A stretch of 64,000 nt of DNA from an uncultured delta proteobacterium (GTDB lineage Bacteria > Desulfobacterota > RBG-13-43-22). Below the pieces are notes generated by a model that was given only the letters and a program-made list of their open reading frames with translations, did not search any database and was not told the origin of the DNA. The stretch's first letter is position 1. Each line of letters opens with the position of its first letter. The position numbers and the translations under genes were made by a program. Of the stretch, positions 10,738 through 20,867 are shown one piece after another. The stretch is from NCBI GenBank assembly GCA_963790475.1, contig CAWBOS010000012.1, positions 960,001 through 1,024,000 of the forward strand. Direction: 5' to 3'.

Positions 10738-10777
10738 AAAAGAGATTGGATCATTCATTAAAACCGGGAGAAATATT

Positions 10778-12736
10778 ATGGCTAAGATGCTTTTCGAGCC
10801 TTTAGAAATCGGCAGCATGAAATTGAAAAACAGGATTGGTCTGGCTCCGATGCTCAACATGCCGGATGTCTGGACAACCTTTACCATTACCGACAGGACT
10901 ATAAAGTGGTTTGAGGCCAGGGCCAAAGGGGGCGCCGGACTGATCATGACCGGAACGTTTGTTCTGGATTTACTGGGTGTTCCCGGGGCTCTGGATCAAT
11001 TTAATAAATTGGCCGATACTGTCCATGCCTATGGAGCCAAATTGGGTGTGCAGGTTGGGGCTGGTGGTGTTCTGGGCGGGATAGGACCATCCCCCATGCC
11101 CTATCCGGACAAGCGACATCCCAAACAATCTATCTTTGAATACATGACCGGTGAATTATCTTTCATGCCCGGCATAGAAACAATTGTGGAAATCAGCCAA
11201 GAAGAAATTGAACGTCTGAAAGGGGCTTTCCCGGCGGCGGCCAAGGCTCTTAAGGATGCCGGAGTGGATTGCGTGGAACTCCATTGCGCCCATGGCGGGG
11301 CCACCCTCTACTGTGCCTTCATTTCACCGTTCTACAACCGGCGCCAAGATGAGTACGGCGGGAGCTGGGAAAACAGGCTGCGCTTTCCGGTGGAAACTAT
11401 CAAGGGAATAAGGGCGGCCGTAGGACCGGATTATCCCATCCTGGCCAGGATCGATGCCGATGAGTTGTTGGGCCAAGAAGGGATCACGGTGGAGGATACG
11501 GTTAAGTTCACCGTCCCGGCTCTGGAGGGTGCAGGAGTGAGCTGTTTTGATGTGACCCAGGGATCTATTCTGCATTCCCCTGAAGGCATCACCATACCGC
11601 TTTATTATAAACGCGGATGCTATATTCAACACGCTGAGGCGGTTAAAAAGGCCAGCAAACTGCCGGTCATCGGGGTGGGAAGGATCGTCGATCTGGACAT
11701 GGCCGAAAAGTTTTTACAGGAGGGCAAGGCCGATGTTATCTACCTGGGCCGCCAACTGACTTCGGATCCGGAAACACCCAACAAATATGTCCAGGGCCGG
11801 ACGGATGAAATCAGGAAATGCATCGGCTGTCTTGAGGGTTGTGGGAATCCTTGCCCGGTCAATTATGATATTTTTCCTGATGCCATCCCTTTTATCCCGG
11901 CGGAAAAGAAAAAAAAGATCCTTATCATCGGCGGCGGCGTGGCCGGTATGGAGGCCGCCAGAATATGCGCCCTTCGTGGGCATCAGGTGGTATTGATGGA
12001 AAAGGAGGCTGCTTTGGGAGGGACCGTTGCCGCTCTGGCCCAAGACCCTCTTTCTGCAGAATTTAAAAATTTTGTGGAGTATCTAGGGACCCAGATGAGG
12101 AAGTTAAACATTGATGTGCGGGTCTGCCGGGAAGCCGATGCGTCGATTATTGAAGAAATAAAGCCGGAAGCAATTATCCTGGCAACAGGGGCTTCCTTGA
12201 GAATTCCGGATTTGGCTGAAAATAAACCCGGCGTACTGGACCATGTGGAAGCCCTGAAAAATCGCCCGGCCATAGGGCAGAAAGTGGTGGTCTGGGGATT
12301 GATGTATGGGGCTGAATTTGCCATATCCCTGGCCAGAGAAGGGAAAGAAGTCACCCTGATCGGGGAAGCCGGGGAAGATACCCTGGCCAGCCATGCCTCC
12401 ATGAACCGGAGATGGTGGATCGTCAGAAAGTTAGTTGATATCAGTGTTGTCAGGGCCAGCGCTGAGGCGCAAAAAGTGTCCAATCCCAAGGTGCTCTTCC
12501 ATATTAAAGTGGAGGACATCAACTCTGAAGGAATTGTGGTGACAGACAAGGAAGGGAAACGGAATATTTTACCTTTCGATACCTTGATTATTTCCAGAGG
12601 GCGGAAGAAAAACGACGAACTTTTTACGGAGATCGAACAAAAGGCCCCGGAAGTGTATAAGATCGGCGATTGCTCCGCTGCCGGGAATATTTTGGGGGCC
12701 GTCTGGAGTGCCAACGAGGTGGCGAGAAAAATTTAA
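10778..12736 (+). CDS. NADH:flavin oxidoreductase (OYE / 2,4-dienoyl-CoA reductase / BaiH-like) with an Fe-S and FAD domain
   Basis: LKNRIGLAPM, ELHCAHG, NRRQDEYGGSWENR, CIGCLEGC, GGGVAG; start moved to the ATG after gggag. Confidence 0.9.
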   Translation: MAKMLFEPLEIGSMKLKNRIGLAPMLNMPDVWTTFTITDRTIKWFEARAKGGAGLIMTGTFVLDLLGVPGALDQFNKLADTVHAYGAKLGVQVGAGGVLGGIGPSPMPYPDKRHPKQSIFEYMTGELSFMPGIETIVEISQEEIERLKGAFPAAAKALKDAGVDCVELHCAHGGATLYCAFISPFYNRRQDEYGGSWENRLRFPVETIKGIRAAVGPDYPILARIDADELLGQEGITVEDTVKFTVPALEGAGVSCFDVTQGSILHSPEGITIPLYYKRGCYIQHAEAVKKASKLPVIGVGRIVDLDMAEKFLQEGKADVIYLGRQLTSDPETPNKYVQGRTDEIRKCIGCLEGCGNPCPVNYDIFPDAIPFIPAEKKKKILIIGGGVAGMEAARICALRGHQVVLMEKEAALGGTVAALAQDPLSAEFKNFVEYLGTQMRKLNIDVRVCREADASIIEEIKPEAIILATGASLRIPDLAENKPGVLDHVEALKNRPAIGQKVVVWGLMYGAEFAISLAREGKEVTLIGEAGEDTLASHASMNRRWWIVRKLVDISVVRASAEAQKVSNPKVLFHIKVEDINSEGIVVTDKEGKRNILPFDTLIISRGRKKNDELFTEIEQKAPEVYKIGDCSAAGNILGAVWSANEVARKI

Positions 12737-12798
12737 ATAAAACCGTTCGTCGTTCGGCGTTTATCGGAAATCAATTTTTTTACCAAAACCCAAAATTC

Positions 12799-12875
12799 GT
12801 CATTCCGGCGAAAGCCGGAATCCAGTGTTTTTGAAAAGTTGTTTCTTCCTGGACCCCGCCTTTCGCCGGGGTGAC
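12799..12875. repeat. REP doublet
   Basis: gtcattccggcgaaagccggaatccag...ctggaccccgcctttcgccggggtgac. Confidence 0.8.
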
Positions 12876-12939
12876 AGCAAAAGAGTACTGGAATAATAAA
12901 ATAAACCTGATCATTTTAGGAAATCTCAAAGGAGTCCTT

Positions 12940-13782
12940 ATGGCTGAACTAAAATATTTTCAGATTGAAACAGATGGCCCGATCATCATCTGGAAGTTCC
13001 ACAATCCTCCCCAGAACCTGATGAACGTAGAGGCTATGACTGAGCTGGGAGAGCAGGTGGATGCCTTTGACCAGAACCCTGAGCTTCGTGTCGGGATCTA
13101 TACCAGTGCCACCCCCGGTCTTTTTGTCCAGCACTTCGATGTCTCCATTCTCAAAGACTGGGGTCAGGGCTTGAGCCAATTACCCAAAGAGGAGGTGGCC
13201 CAACAACTGGCCCTGCTTCCTCCCCCTCAAGGGCTTTCCGGTCATACCAAGAAGCCTATCATCTGTGCCATCAACGGTCCGGTGGAAGGGGGCGGTTGTG
13301 AAATGTCCCTGGGTTGTGATTTTCGTTTTATTTCACGAGACTCGTTTATGGCCCAACCGGAGGTCTATCTCGGCTTTCCTCCCGGCGGCGGGGGCACCCA
13401 GCGTCTGGCCAGACTTCTGGGATCGGCCAAGGCCCTGGAACTATGTCTCACCGGGCGTAGAATCTACGCCGACGAAGCGGAAAGACTCGGTCTGGTCACC
13501 AAGGCCTGTGATCCAAATGAACTCATGCCTGTGGTCCTGGCCTTTGCCCGAGAACTGGCGAACAAACCAATGGTGGGAGTCATAAATATTAAAAAGTGCA
13601 TTTACGAAGGTTTGGACGTGACTCTTCAGGAAGGTCTGCTTCTTGAACGTAGGATTTTTTTTGAATCCCTCCTGAATCCCGAGACTTTGGAACTTATGAA
13701 ACTCTACGTGGAAACAGGACAAGACAGAGAAAAGGCGCTTGAATTCCTGCAAGAGAAGCTACAGGCAGAGAAAGAAATATAA
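12940..13782 (+). CDS. Enoyl-CoA hydratase/isomerase (both catalytic Glu present)
   Basis: GGGCE, QPE, GGGGTQRL; RBS aaggag before the ATG at 12940. Confidence 0.9.
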   Translation: MAELKYFQIETDGPIIIWKFHNPPQNLMNVEAMTELGEQVDAFDQNPELRVGIYTSATPGLFVQHFDVSILKDWGQGLSQLPKEEVAQQLALLPPPQGLSGHTKKPIICAINGPVEGGGCEMSLGCDFRFISRDSFMAQPEVYLGFPPGGGGTQRLARLLGSAKALELCLTGRRIYADEAERLGLVTKACDPNELMPVVLAFARELANKPMVGVINIKKCIYEGLDVTLQEGLLLERRIFFESLLNPETLELMKLYVETGQDREKALEFLQEKLQAEKEI

Positions 13783-13797
13783 TGAGGGATCAGGAAT

Positions 13798-14067
13798 TGA
13801 CGAATTCGTGAATAATCGTCGCCCCGGCGAAAGCCGGGGTCCAGGCAATTAACATCAGTCAAAAATACTGGATTCCGGCTTTCGAGGCTGTGTCGCAATT
13901 ACTTTTTTTGTCATTTCGAAGCGAAGCGAGAAATCTTGGCCTTAATAAGTTCAACATGTTAAGATTCCTCTCACACCTTTGGGATGGCACTTATTTCAAT
14001 TGCGACACGGTCTCTTCGCCAGAGGAATGACGAATCCGGGCTCCGGCGACTTTTTACGAAGTTTCCA
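13798..14067. mobile_element. REP-carrying MITE interrupted by a nested MITE
   Basis: Outer ends match 41766-41899; the inner element is listed separately. Confidence 0.7.
13884..14014. mobile_element. Nested 131-bp MITE
   Basis: TIRs gaggctgtgtcgcaatt / aattgcgacacggtctc (15/17 match), flanked by a TTC duplication. Confidence 0.8.
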
Positions 14068-14109
14068 TTGATAAACATTGCTGGTTTATTCTTGAAGGAG
14101 ATAATAAAA

Positions 14110-15702
14110 ATGACCGAACAACAAATGTTGAATTACCTGCCCGATCTCATTGAGTATCAGGCCAAAACATTAGGTAATAAACCCTACATCCTCTGGGGAG
14201 AAGAAAAAATAAGTTTTGAAGAGTTCAATCGGGCAACCTGCCGTGCGGCTAATGGACTGGCGGCCTATGGGGCAAAAGAAGGGGATGGATTGGCCATCCT
14301 CATGGGAAATTGCCCGGAATTCCTTTATCTCTTCTACGGACTGCCCCGGGGAGGATTTTACACGGTCCCCGTCAATGTCTCTTTGAAAGGGGAAGGATTG
14401 AAATTCATCCTTACCCACTCGGAGGTAAAATTTCTGGCCGTGGATGATACCCTGTATCCCAAGGTCGCTGAACTCGGGACCCCCCTGGGGACCATCAAGA
14501 AGATCTTTGTTCACCGAACCACGGAGAATCCGCTCCCCGAAGGGACGATAGATCTTCAGGAATTATTAAAGGCTTCATCTGAAAAACCCAACTACCAGAT
14601 GAAGGAAGGGACCATGGCCTATCTGATGTATACCTCGGGAACAACAGGCTTTCCCAAAGGGGTGGTCAACCGGAACCGGGCCGGAGCGGCGGAGTGGTTC
14701 CGGTTTGTGGCCTCTCAGATGATCAATCCCGGGGAGGACATCCTCTATACCTGTCTGCCGTTATTTCACGCCAATGCCCTTATCCTGACCGCAGGATGGG
14801 CCATGGCCGGAGGAGTTTCCTTTGGATTGGACAAAAAATTCTCGGCTTCTCAATTTTGGGACCGAATCCGATTTTATGGCGCGACCCAATTTAATGGACT
14901 GGGGGCCATGATCCCTATCCTCATGAAGCAGCCGGAGAAACCCAATGACGCGGACAACCCGGTTCGTGTCGTCCACTCCGCCGCCTGCCCGGCCAACCTT
15001 TGGCAAGCCTTTGAAAAGCGATTTAACATCAAGCTCTGGGAGGGATACGGGGCTGTTGATGGAGGTGGGGTCACCATCTCCAATCAGGGTGATGCCCCGG
15101 TCGGCTCGGTCGGTAAACCACCCCCGCACATTATTTGGAAACTGGTCGATGAAAATGGAATTGAAGCGCCCCAGGGGGAACCGGGAGAATTGATCTCTCA
15201 GGTTTTGGATAGAAAGACCGGCGGCGTCGAATATTTCAAAAACCCCAAGGCCTCCGCTGAAAAGGTGGTAGGGGATTGGATCCATAGCGGCGATCTCTTT
15301 TATGCCGATAAGGACGGCTTCCTCTTCTTTTTAGATCGAAAGACGGATTCCATGCGTCGGCGGGGAGAAAATATTTCTTCCTTTGAGGTCGAAAATGTGG
15401 TGGAAAAATTTCCTGCCGTGGCCGAATGCGCGGCCTTTGGCGTCCCTTCAGAATTGGGTGAAGACGAAGTGATGATTTGGGTCAAGCCCAGAGAAGGCCT
15501 TCAGCTTGACCTCAAAGAACTGATTGGTTTTTGCGCTGAGAACATGGCCCATTTTATGGTCCCAAGGTTTGTGGATGTAGTGGAAGACATCCCCAGAACC
15601 AGCACTTTGCGGATCATCAAGGCCGATATGAAAAAAAGAGGGGTTTCTGATCGGACCTGGGACCGGGAGAAAGAGGCACCGGAACTGAAGATTAAAAAAT
15701 AG
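14110..15702 (+). CDS. ATP-dependent acyl-CoA ligase (CaiC-like)
   Basis: YTSGTTGFPKG, SGDL, RRRGENISSFEVE; RBS aaggag, start MTEQQ. Confidence 0.92.
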   Translation: MTEQQMLNYLPDLIEYQAKTLGNKPYILWGEEKISFEEFNRATCRAANGLAAYGAKEGDGLAILMGNCPEFLYLFYGLPRGGFYTVPVNVSLKGEGLKFILTHSEVKFLAVDDTLYPKVAELGTPLGTIKKIFVHRTTENPLPEGTIDLQELLKASSEKPNYQMKEGTMAYLMYTSGTTGFPKGVVNRNRAGAAEWFRFVASQMINPGEDILYTCLPLFHANALILTAGWAMAGGVSFGLDKKFSASQFWDRIRFYGATQFNGLGAMIPILMKQPEKPNDADNPVRVVHSAACPANLWQAFEKRFNIKLWEGYGAVDGGGVTISNQGDAPVGSVGKPPPHIIWKLVDENGIEAPQGEPGELISQVLDRKTGGVEYFKNPKASAEKVVGDWIHSGDLFYADKDGFLFFLDRKTDSMRRRGENISSFEVENVVEKFPAVAECAAFGVPSELGEDEVMIWVKPREGLQLDLKELIGFCAENMAHFMVPRFVDVVEDIPRTSTLRIIKADMKKRGVSDRTWDREKEAPELKIKK

Positions 15703-15811
15703 GTGTAAGGTTTAAGGTTCAAGGTTTAAGGCCAAAAACACAAAATCGAATACAAAGAATATTTATTGCCTTTGCCTTTGCCTTAACCTTATACCTTATA
15801 CCTTATACCTT
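15701..15811. repeat. Inverted heptamer tandem repeats
   Basis: (aaggttt/aaggttc)n ... (ccttata)n; similar arrays at ~6190-6270, 20700-20800, 22036-22060, 25663-25750, 29089-29180. Confidence 0.7.
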
Positions 15812-15830
15812 TTATTTATTGGAGGAACTT

Positions 15831-17111
15831 ATGAGTAACAAGGTTTATATTATCGGAGTAGGAATGACTAAATTCGGCAAGCATCTGGATCTGGGGATCA
15901 AACAATTGACTGGCCAAGCCCTTGATCTGGTATTGAAGGATGCTGGATTGGAGAGGAAGGATTTGGAGGCGGCCTGGTTTTCCAATACCGGCTGGGGGAT
16001 AAGTGCCTATCAGCATGGGATACGGGGCCAGGTGGCCCTTTCAGCCAATGGCTTGGACAAAATTGCCATGACCAATGTGGAAAATGCCTGTGCCAGCGGG
16101 AGTACGGCCTTTCATAACGGCTGGGCGGCCATCAAGGCCGGGATCTACGATTGCGTTCTGGCCATAGGGGCTGAAAAAATGTACTTTGTGTCGGCGGACC
16201 CGAAAGACCGGGCCAGGTCCTTTGAAGGGTTTATCTCCGGAACGGATGTGGAGGAAACCCGGGCCATGATGGAGAAGCAAAAAGAGGCCGCCAGGCTGAA
16301 AAAGGAACAGATGGAAAAGGAGGCCCGGGAAAAGGGCCTGGAAATAAAAAAGGAGGAGGGGTCCAAAGGGGGCCATTCCATTTTTATGGACTTTTATGGA
16401 GCCGGAGCCCGGAGGCACATGAAGGAATATGGGACCACTCAGCGTCAACTGGCGGTTATTGCCGCCAAGGCGCACAACAACTCGGTGCTGAATCCTCTGG
16501 CCCAATATACCTTTCCACAAACCGTGGAGCAGGTCATGCAGGACCGGGTAGTGTCCTTTCCTCTGACCAGGGCCATGTGCGCTCCTATCGGAGACGGTGC
16601 GGCGGCGGCCATTCTTTGCAGTGAAAATTTTCTAAAGAAACATTCCGCGGACCGGGTCGTTCTGGTCCGCGCCTCCGTCCTGAAATCGGGAACAAGAACA
16701 GGGCCCAACGATGTCACCGCTCGGGCCTGCAAGGCGGCCTATGAACAGGCCGGTCTCGGGCCGGAGGATATCCATGTGGTCGAAGTTCATGATGCTACCG
16801 CCTTTGGTGAGCTCGTCCAATCCGAGGAGATGGGCTTTTGTCCCAAGGGTGAGGGGGGACCCTTTGCCGAAAGCGGGGCCACGGCCCTTGACGGCCGGAT
16901 ACCGATCAACCCCAGTGGAGGACTCATCTCGCGCGGCCATCCCATCGGGGCTTCCGGCCTGGCCCAAATGTACGAGTTAGTGACCCATTTACGTGGGGAA
17001 GCGGGAAAGCGTCAGGTGAAAAATCCACGCATTGCCATGACCGAAAACGGCGGCGGAACCATCGGCAACGGCGAGGCGGCCATGACCATCCATATTTTGG
17101 AGAAGGTCTGA
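15831..17111 (+). CDS. SCP-x type thiolase family protein
   Basis: NACASGS, EVHDAT, NPSGGLISRGHPIGASG. Confidence 0.9.
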   Translation: MSNKVYIIGVGMTKFGKHLDLGIKQLTGQALDLVLKDAGLERKDLEAAWFSNTGWGISAYQHGIRGQVALSANGLDKIAMTNVENACASGSTAFHNGWAAIKAGIYDCVLAIGAEKMYFVSADPKDRARSFEGFISGTDVEETRAMMEKQKEAARLKKEQMEKEAREKGLEIKKEEGSKGGHSIFMDFYGAGARRHMKEYGTTQRQLAVIAAKAHNNSVLNPLAQYTFPQTVEQVMQDRVVSFPLTRAMCAPIGDGAAAAILCSENFLKKHSADRVVLVRASVLKSGTRTGPNDVTARACKAAYEQAGLGPEDIHVVEVHDATAFGELVQSEEMGFCPKGEGGPFAESGATALDGRIPINPSGGLISRGHPIGASGLAQMYELVTHLRGEAGKRQVKNPRIAMTENGGGTIGNGEAAMTIHILEKV

Positions 17112-17305
17112 TTGTCTGGTCTGTCTGGTCCATCTCGTCTATTTGGTCTATCTGGCCTGTTTTCTTCATTGGTTATATTTAGCCAGGGGCGTGAGCCTTG
17201 GGCGCAAAGAAAAAGGTTTTTTGCAATTCTTCATCAAGGAAAGCGCCCCTTATCCATATTTTTTCAACATTGAACATTGAACGTTGAACTTCCTTCGGAG
17301 GTTTT

Positions 17306-18106
17306 ATGTTTACCTTCAAGCCTGAGTCTTTTTACATGATGCCTTTTCATTTCGGCCCCCGGGCCCAGAAAGGCTCAGCCAAGTATGGTGATGTGACCAC
17401 CATTGCCGTGTCCTATCTGACCGATCGTAAGATGCTTTGTGATTACCTGCCCGAACCTTTTGAAGTAGGGGCGGAACCTCTGGTCTCAGTTTCTTTTTCC
17501 ATGAACCGGGAGGTCGCCTGGCTGGCCGGGGGAAGCTACAATATTATCGGGGTAAATGCTTCGGCCGTTTTCAAAGGTAAAGTCGATCACCTGGCCGGGA
17601 GTTATTGCCTGGTCTTATGGGAAAATCTCACCGATCCTATTCTTACGGGAAGAGAAATTCAGGGGATTCCCAAGATTTATGCTGATATTCCTGATCATAC
17701 CATCCTTGACGGAGTTTGGAGCACCTGTGCCAGCTATCGGGGACATAAGATCGTGGACCTGATGATCAAAGATCTCCAGCCCGTGACAGGTGATCAGTTA
17801 AAAGAAATTGAAAAAATGTCCCGGGATGGAAACTGGATGGGATGGAAATATATCCCCAAAACAGGGGGGCCGGGCGCGGAAGTGAGCCATGCCACCCTTT
17901 TTCCCACCAACCCCGCCTTTGATCTTATCTGGACCGGAAAGGGAGAAGTACAATGGAACCGTTTAACCTGGGAACAGAATCCGACCCAGTTTCATATTGT
18001 CAATGCCCTGGAAAAACTCCCGATCCTTGAATATCGTTCGGCATTGGTGATGAAAGGCAGTTCCGACCTTAGCGTGGCCTCAAAACCGGTAAGACCTCTT
18101 CGCTGA
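17306..18106 (+). CDS. Acetoacetate decarboxylase-like family protein
   Basis: GREIQGIPK motif with the Schiff-base Lys; YLPEPFEV. Confidence 0.8.
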   Translation: MFTFKPESFYMMPFHFGPRAQKGSAKYGDVTTIAVSYLTDRKMLCDYLPEPFEVGAEPLVSVSFSMNREVAWLAGGSYNIIGVNASAVFKGKVDHLAGSYCLVLWENLTDPILTGREIQGIPKIYADIPDHTILDGVWSTCASYRGHKIVDLMIKDLQPVTGDQLKEIEKMSRDGNWMGWKYIPKTGGPGAEVSHATLFPTNPAFDLIWTGKGEVQWNRLTWEQNPTQFHIVNALEKLPILEYRSALVMKGSSDLSVASKPVRPLR

Positions 18107-18140
18107 TCAACTGAAGCGGGATCATGAAAAGGTATCTCGA

Positions 18141-18242
18141 ATGACTGTCAAAGAAATAGAAAACGTCTGTTTCGTGGGCGGAGAATGGCTTCTCTCCACC
18201 AAGCGCATGATCCATATTGTGAGGCTGAAGCAGGTATGTTAA
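18141..18242 (+). pseudogene. Remnant of a 3-hydroxyacyl-CoA dehydrogenase-like gene (N-terminus only)
   Basis: MTVKEIENVCFVGG resembles the first Rossmann strand of HADH, then loses similarity and stops. Confidence 0.4.
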
Positions 18243-18326
18243 CCTCAAGTACTCTGGGATATTCCTGACGGGGGAGAATTCAAGGCGGGTTCACTCCTGA
18301 ACTGAAAACCGGTGGAAAGGACAGCT

Positions 18327-19532
18327 ATGGAATTCAAATTTAACCCAAGAGAAGAAGCCTTCTGCCAGGAGGTAGAGTCTTTTTTAAATTCGGCGCTCCC
18401 TCCGGATTGGGCCGAAAAAAATATCAGCTGGCCCGGCGGCTACGCCTCTATTGGCTACAAGGGCGATGACGCCTTAGAGACGATTGCCCGTTACAGAAAG
18501 AAACTGATCGAAAAAGGTTGGAATACCATTTCCTGGCCTAAGGAATATGGGGGCCGTGAGTATTCCTACGTTGAGCAAGCTATTTTCGACGAGCGGACCA
18601 GTTATCATCGTGCTCCCATCTCCGACGTTATTGCCGGAGGCATGGTGGCTCCAACCATCCTCAAAGTCGGAACTGAGGAGCAAAAAAAGAAATGGATACC
18701 CAGGATCGCCTCGGGCGAAATAACTATGTGGTTAGGCTACAGCGAACCTAACGCCGGCTCCGACCTGGCCGGAATTCAAACCACGGCCGCCCTGGACGGC
18801 GACGAATACGTCATCAACGGGCAAAAGGTATGGAGCAGCGGAGCCCACCTGACTGATTACGCCTGGCTGATTGCCCGGACCGATCCCGAGGCCTCCAGGC
18901 ATAAAGGGGTCAGCTTTTTTATCGTCGATAATAAAAGTCCCGGTATCTCCATCCGTCCCTTGGTTAACATTTTAGGCGAGCGTCATTTCAACGAGGTCTT
19001 CTTCGATAATGTTCGTGTTCCCAAAGAAAACCTGGTCGGGCAAAAGAATATGGGTTTTTATCACCTGATGACCGCCCTGGATTTTGAACGGGTCATCCTG
19101 GTCGGTATCGGGGGCTTTAAACGGGTTTTCGAGGAACTGGTGACCTATGTGAAAAAAACCAAAGGGGACGGTGTGCCTTTGAGCAATCACCAGTCGGTGC
19201 GTCTCAAACTGGCCCGTATTGCCACGGAGATCGAGGCCGGATACCTGCTGGTCTGGCGCACGGCCGAAATGCTGGACAAGGGCTTATCTCCCACGGTCGA
19301 ATCCTCGGCCCTGAAACTGGTCGCCACTGAACTCAGCCGGAAGATGGCTGAGGTGGCCATGGACATTTTCGGCCCCTACAGCCTGATAGAAGAGGAGACC
19401 GCCTTCACGCCTTTTCGAGGCCTGGCCCCTCGCGGCTATCTCGACTGCATTTCTGCCACCATCGGGGCAGGGACCTCAGAAATACAGCGAAACATTATAG
19501 CTATCAGAGGCCTGGGTCTTCCCAGATCCTAA
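18327..19532 (+). CDS. Acyl-CoA dehydrogenase (catalytic subunit of a probable alpha2beta2 pair)
   Basis: GYSEPNAGSDL, NGQKVWSS, FNEVFFDNVRVP, LDFER, GAGTSEIQRN. Confidence 0.93.
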   Translation: MEFKFNPREEAFCQEVESFLNSALPPDWAEKNISWPGGYASIGYKGDDALETIARYRKKLIEKGWNTISWPKEYGGREYSYVEQAIFDERTSYHRAPISDVIAGGMVAPTILKVGTEEQKKKWIPRIASGEITMWLGYSEPNAGSDLAGIQTTAALDGDEYVINGQKVWSSGAHLTDYAWLIARTDPEASRHKGVSFFIVDNKSPGISIRPLVNILGERHFNEVFFDNVRVPKENLVGQKNMGFYHLMTALDFERVILVGIGGFKRVFEELVTYVKKTKGDGVPLSNHQSVRLKLARIATEIEAGYLLVWRTAEMLDKGLSPTVESSALKLVATELSRKMAEVAMDIFGPYSLIEEETAFTPFRGLAPRGYLDCISATIGAGTSEIQRNIIAIRGLGLPRS

Positions 19533-19560
19533 AGCGGCAGAGATCAAAAGGAGCAAGAAA

Positions 19561-20694
19561 ATGAACCTGGATTTTTCAGAAGATCAAAGAATCCTCAGGA
19601 AGGCGGCCAAGGATTTTTTTGTCAGGGAGTGTCCTCAACTGTTGATCCGGAGCATGAGAGAGCATGAGACCGGGCACGACGCCATACTCTGGGGGAAGAT
19701 GGCTGATCTGGGCTGGTTGGGAGTGATCGTACCCGAGGAATACGGCGGAACCGGTGGAACCTTCCTGGACCTGGCCGTCATTCTCGAGGCCATGGGCGAG
19801 GTCTGCTTACCGGGACCGTTTTTCTCAACAGCCGTACTCGGGGCGAATGCCATACTTCTGGCCGGGACCGAAGAACAGAAAAAAATCCTCCTTCCCCAAA
19901 TAGCCGAAGGCAGGCTGTTGCTGGCCCTGGCCCTGAACGATCCGGGAAATTGGGCAGGAGTCGAAAATAACAACACCCTTGCCAAAATAGACGGGTCGGG
20001 GTACATACTTGAAGGGATAAAACATTTTGTAGAAAACGCCCAGGTCGCGGACAAGATCATTTGCGCGGCCCAGGTGACAGACACGAGCGGCCGCCAGGAG
20101 GGAATGACCTTATTTGTGGTGGATGGGGACAGCCCGGGGATCGAGATCAGGCCCTTTCGAACGCTGGCTTACGAACGGCATTGTCAGGTGGTCTTCCAGG
20201 ACCTCCACTTAGATGAAAAGGCCATGTTAGGAGCGGCGGGTAAGGCCGGTCCGGCCCTCGAAACCCTTCTGCAAAGGGCTGCCGTAGCCAAATGTGCTGA
20301 GATGCTCGGTGCGGCCCAGGTGTCTCTCGACCTCACCCTGGCCTACGCCAAGGAGCGGGTACAGTTCGGCCGGCCCATAGGCAGTTTTCAGGCGGTTCAG
20401 CATCATCTGGCTAACATGGCCGTGGATGTCGACAGTATGAGGGATCTGACCTATCAGGCGGCCTGGAGAATATCCGAGGGATTACCCGCCGGCACCGAAG
20501 CGGCCATGGCTAAGGCCTTTTGCAGTGAGGCCGCGGCCAGGGTGACCCGTTTCAGCCATCAGGTACACGGGGCCATCGCCTTCTGCGATGAACACAATTT
20601 GCATTTCTACTATCGCAAGGTCAAGGCCGCGGGTCTGACTTTCGGGGACAGCGAATACCATCTGGAAAAAGTGGCTCGATCTTTAGGGTTGTGA
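19561..20694 (+). CDS. Acyl-CoA dehydrogenase (short, degenerate partner subunit)
   Basis: ERVQFGRPIGSFQAVQH, QVHGAIAF; lacks the canonical TEP/GTSE motifs. Confidence 0.9.
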   Translation: MNLDFSEDQRILRKAAKDFFVRECPQLLIRSMREHETGHDAILWGKMADLGWLGVIVPEEYGGTGGTFLDLAVILEAMGEVCLPGPFFSTAVLGANAILLAGTEEQKKILLPQIAEGRLLLALALNDPGNWAGVENNNTLAKIDGSGYILEGIKHFVENAQVADKIICAAQVTDTSGRQEGMTLFVVDGDSPGIEIRPFRTLAYERHCQVVFQDLHLDEKAMLGAAGKAGPALETLLQRAAVAKCAEMLGAAQVSLDLTLAYAKERVQFGRPIGSFQAVQHHLANMAVDVDSMRDLTYQAAWRISEGLPAGTEAAMAKAFCSEAAARVTRFSHQVHGAIAFCDEHNLHFYYRKVKAAGLTFGDSEYHLEKVARSLGL

Positions 20695-20867
20695 ATAAAA
20701 GGTTCAAGGTTTAAAATTCAAAGTTTGGAGTTTAAAGTTCAAGGTTTGTAATTTGAAGTTTTAAATTTGCACTTTGCAATTTGAGATTTGACTTTTGGTT
20801 TACGTCATTTATTGAATCCTGGGAATCCTTTTCTCTAATTAAATTTATTATTTTAGGAGAAGGTTTA

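Noticed and set aside
10733-14109. Upstream starts given by the ORF track (10733, 12871, 13984; likewise 20781, 29217, 39882, 52559)
   Set aside because: The extensions run through repeats, intergenic DNA or a neighbouring gene; downstream ATGs have clear RBSs
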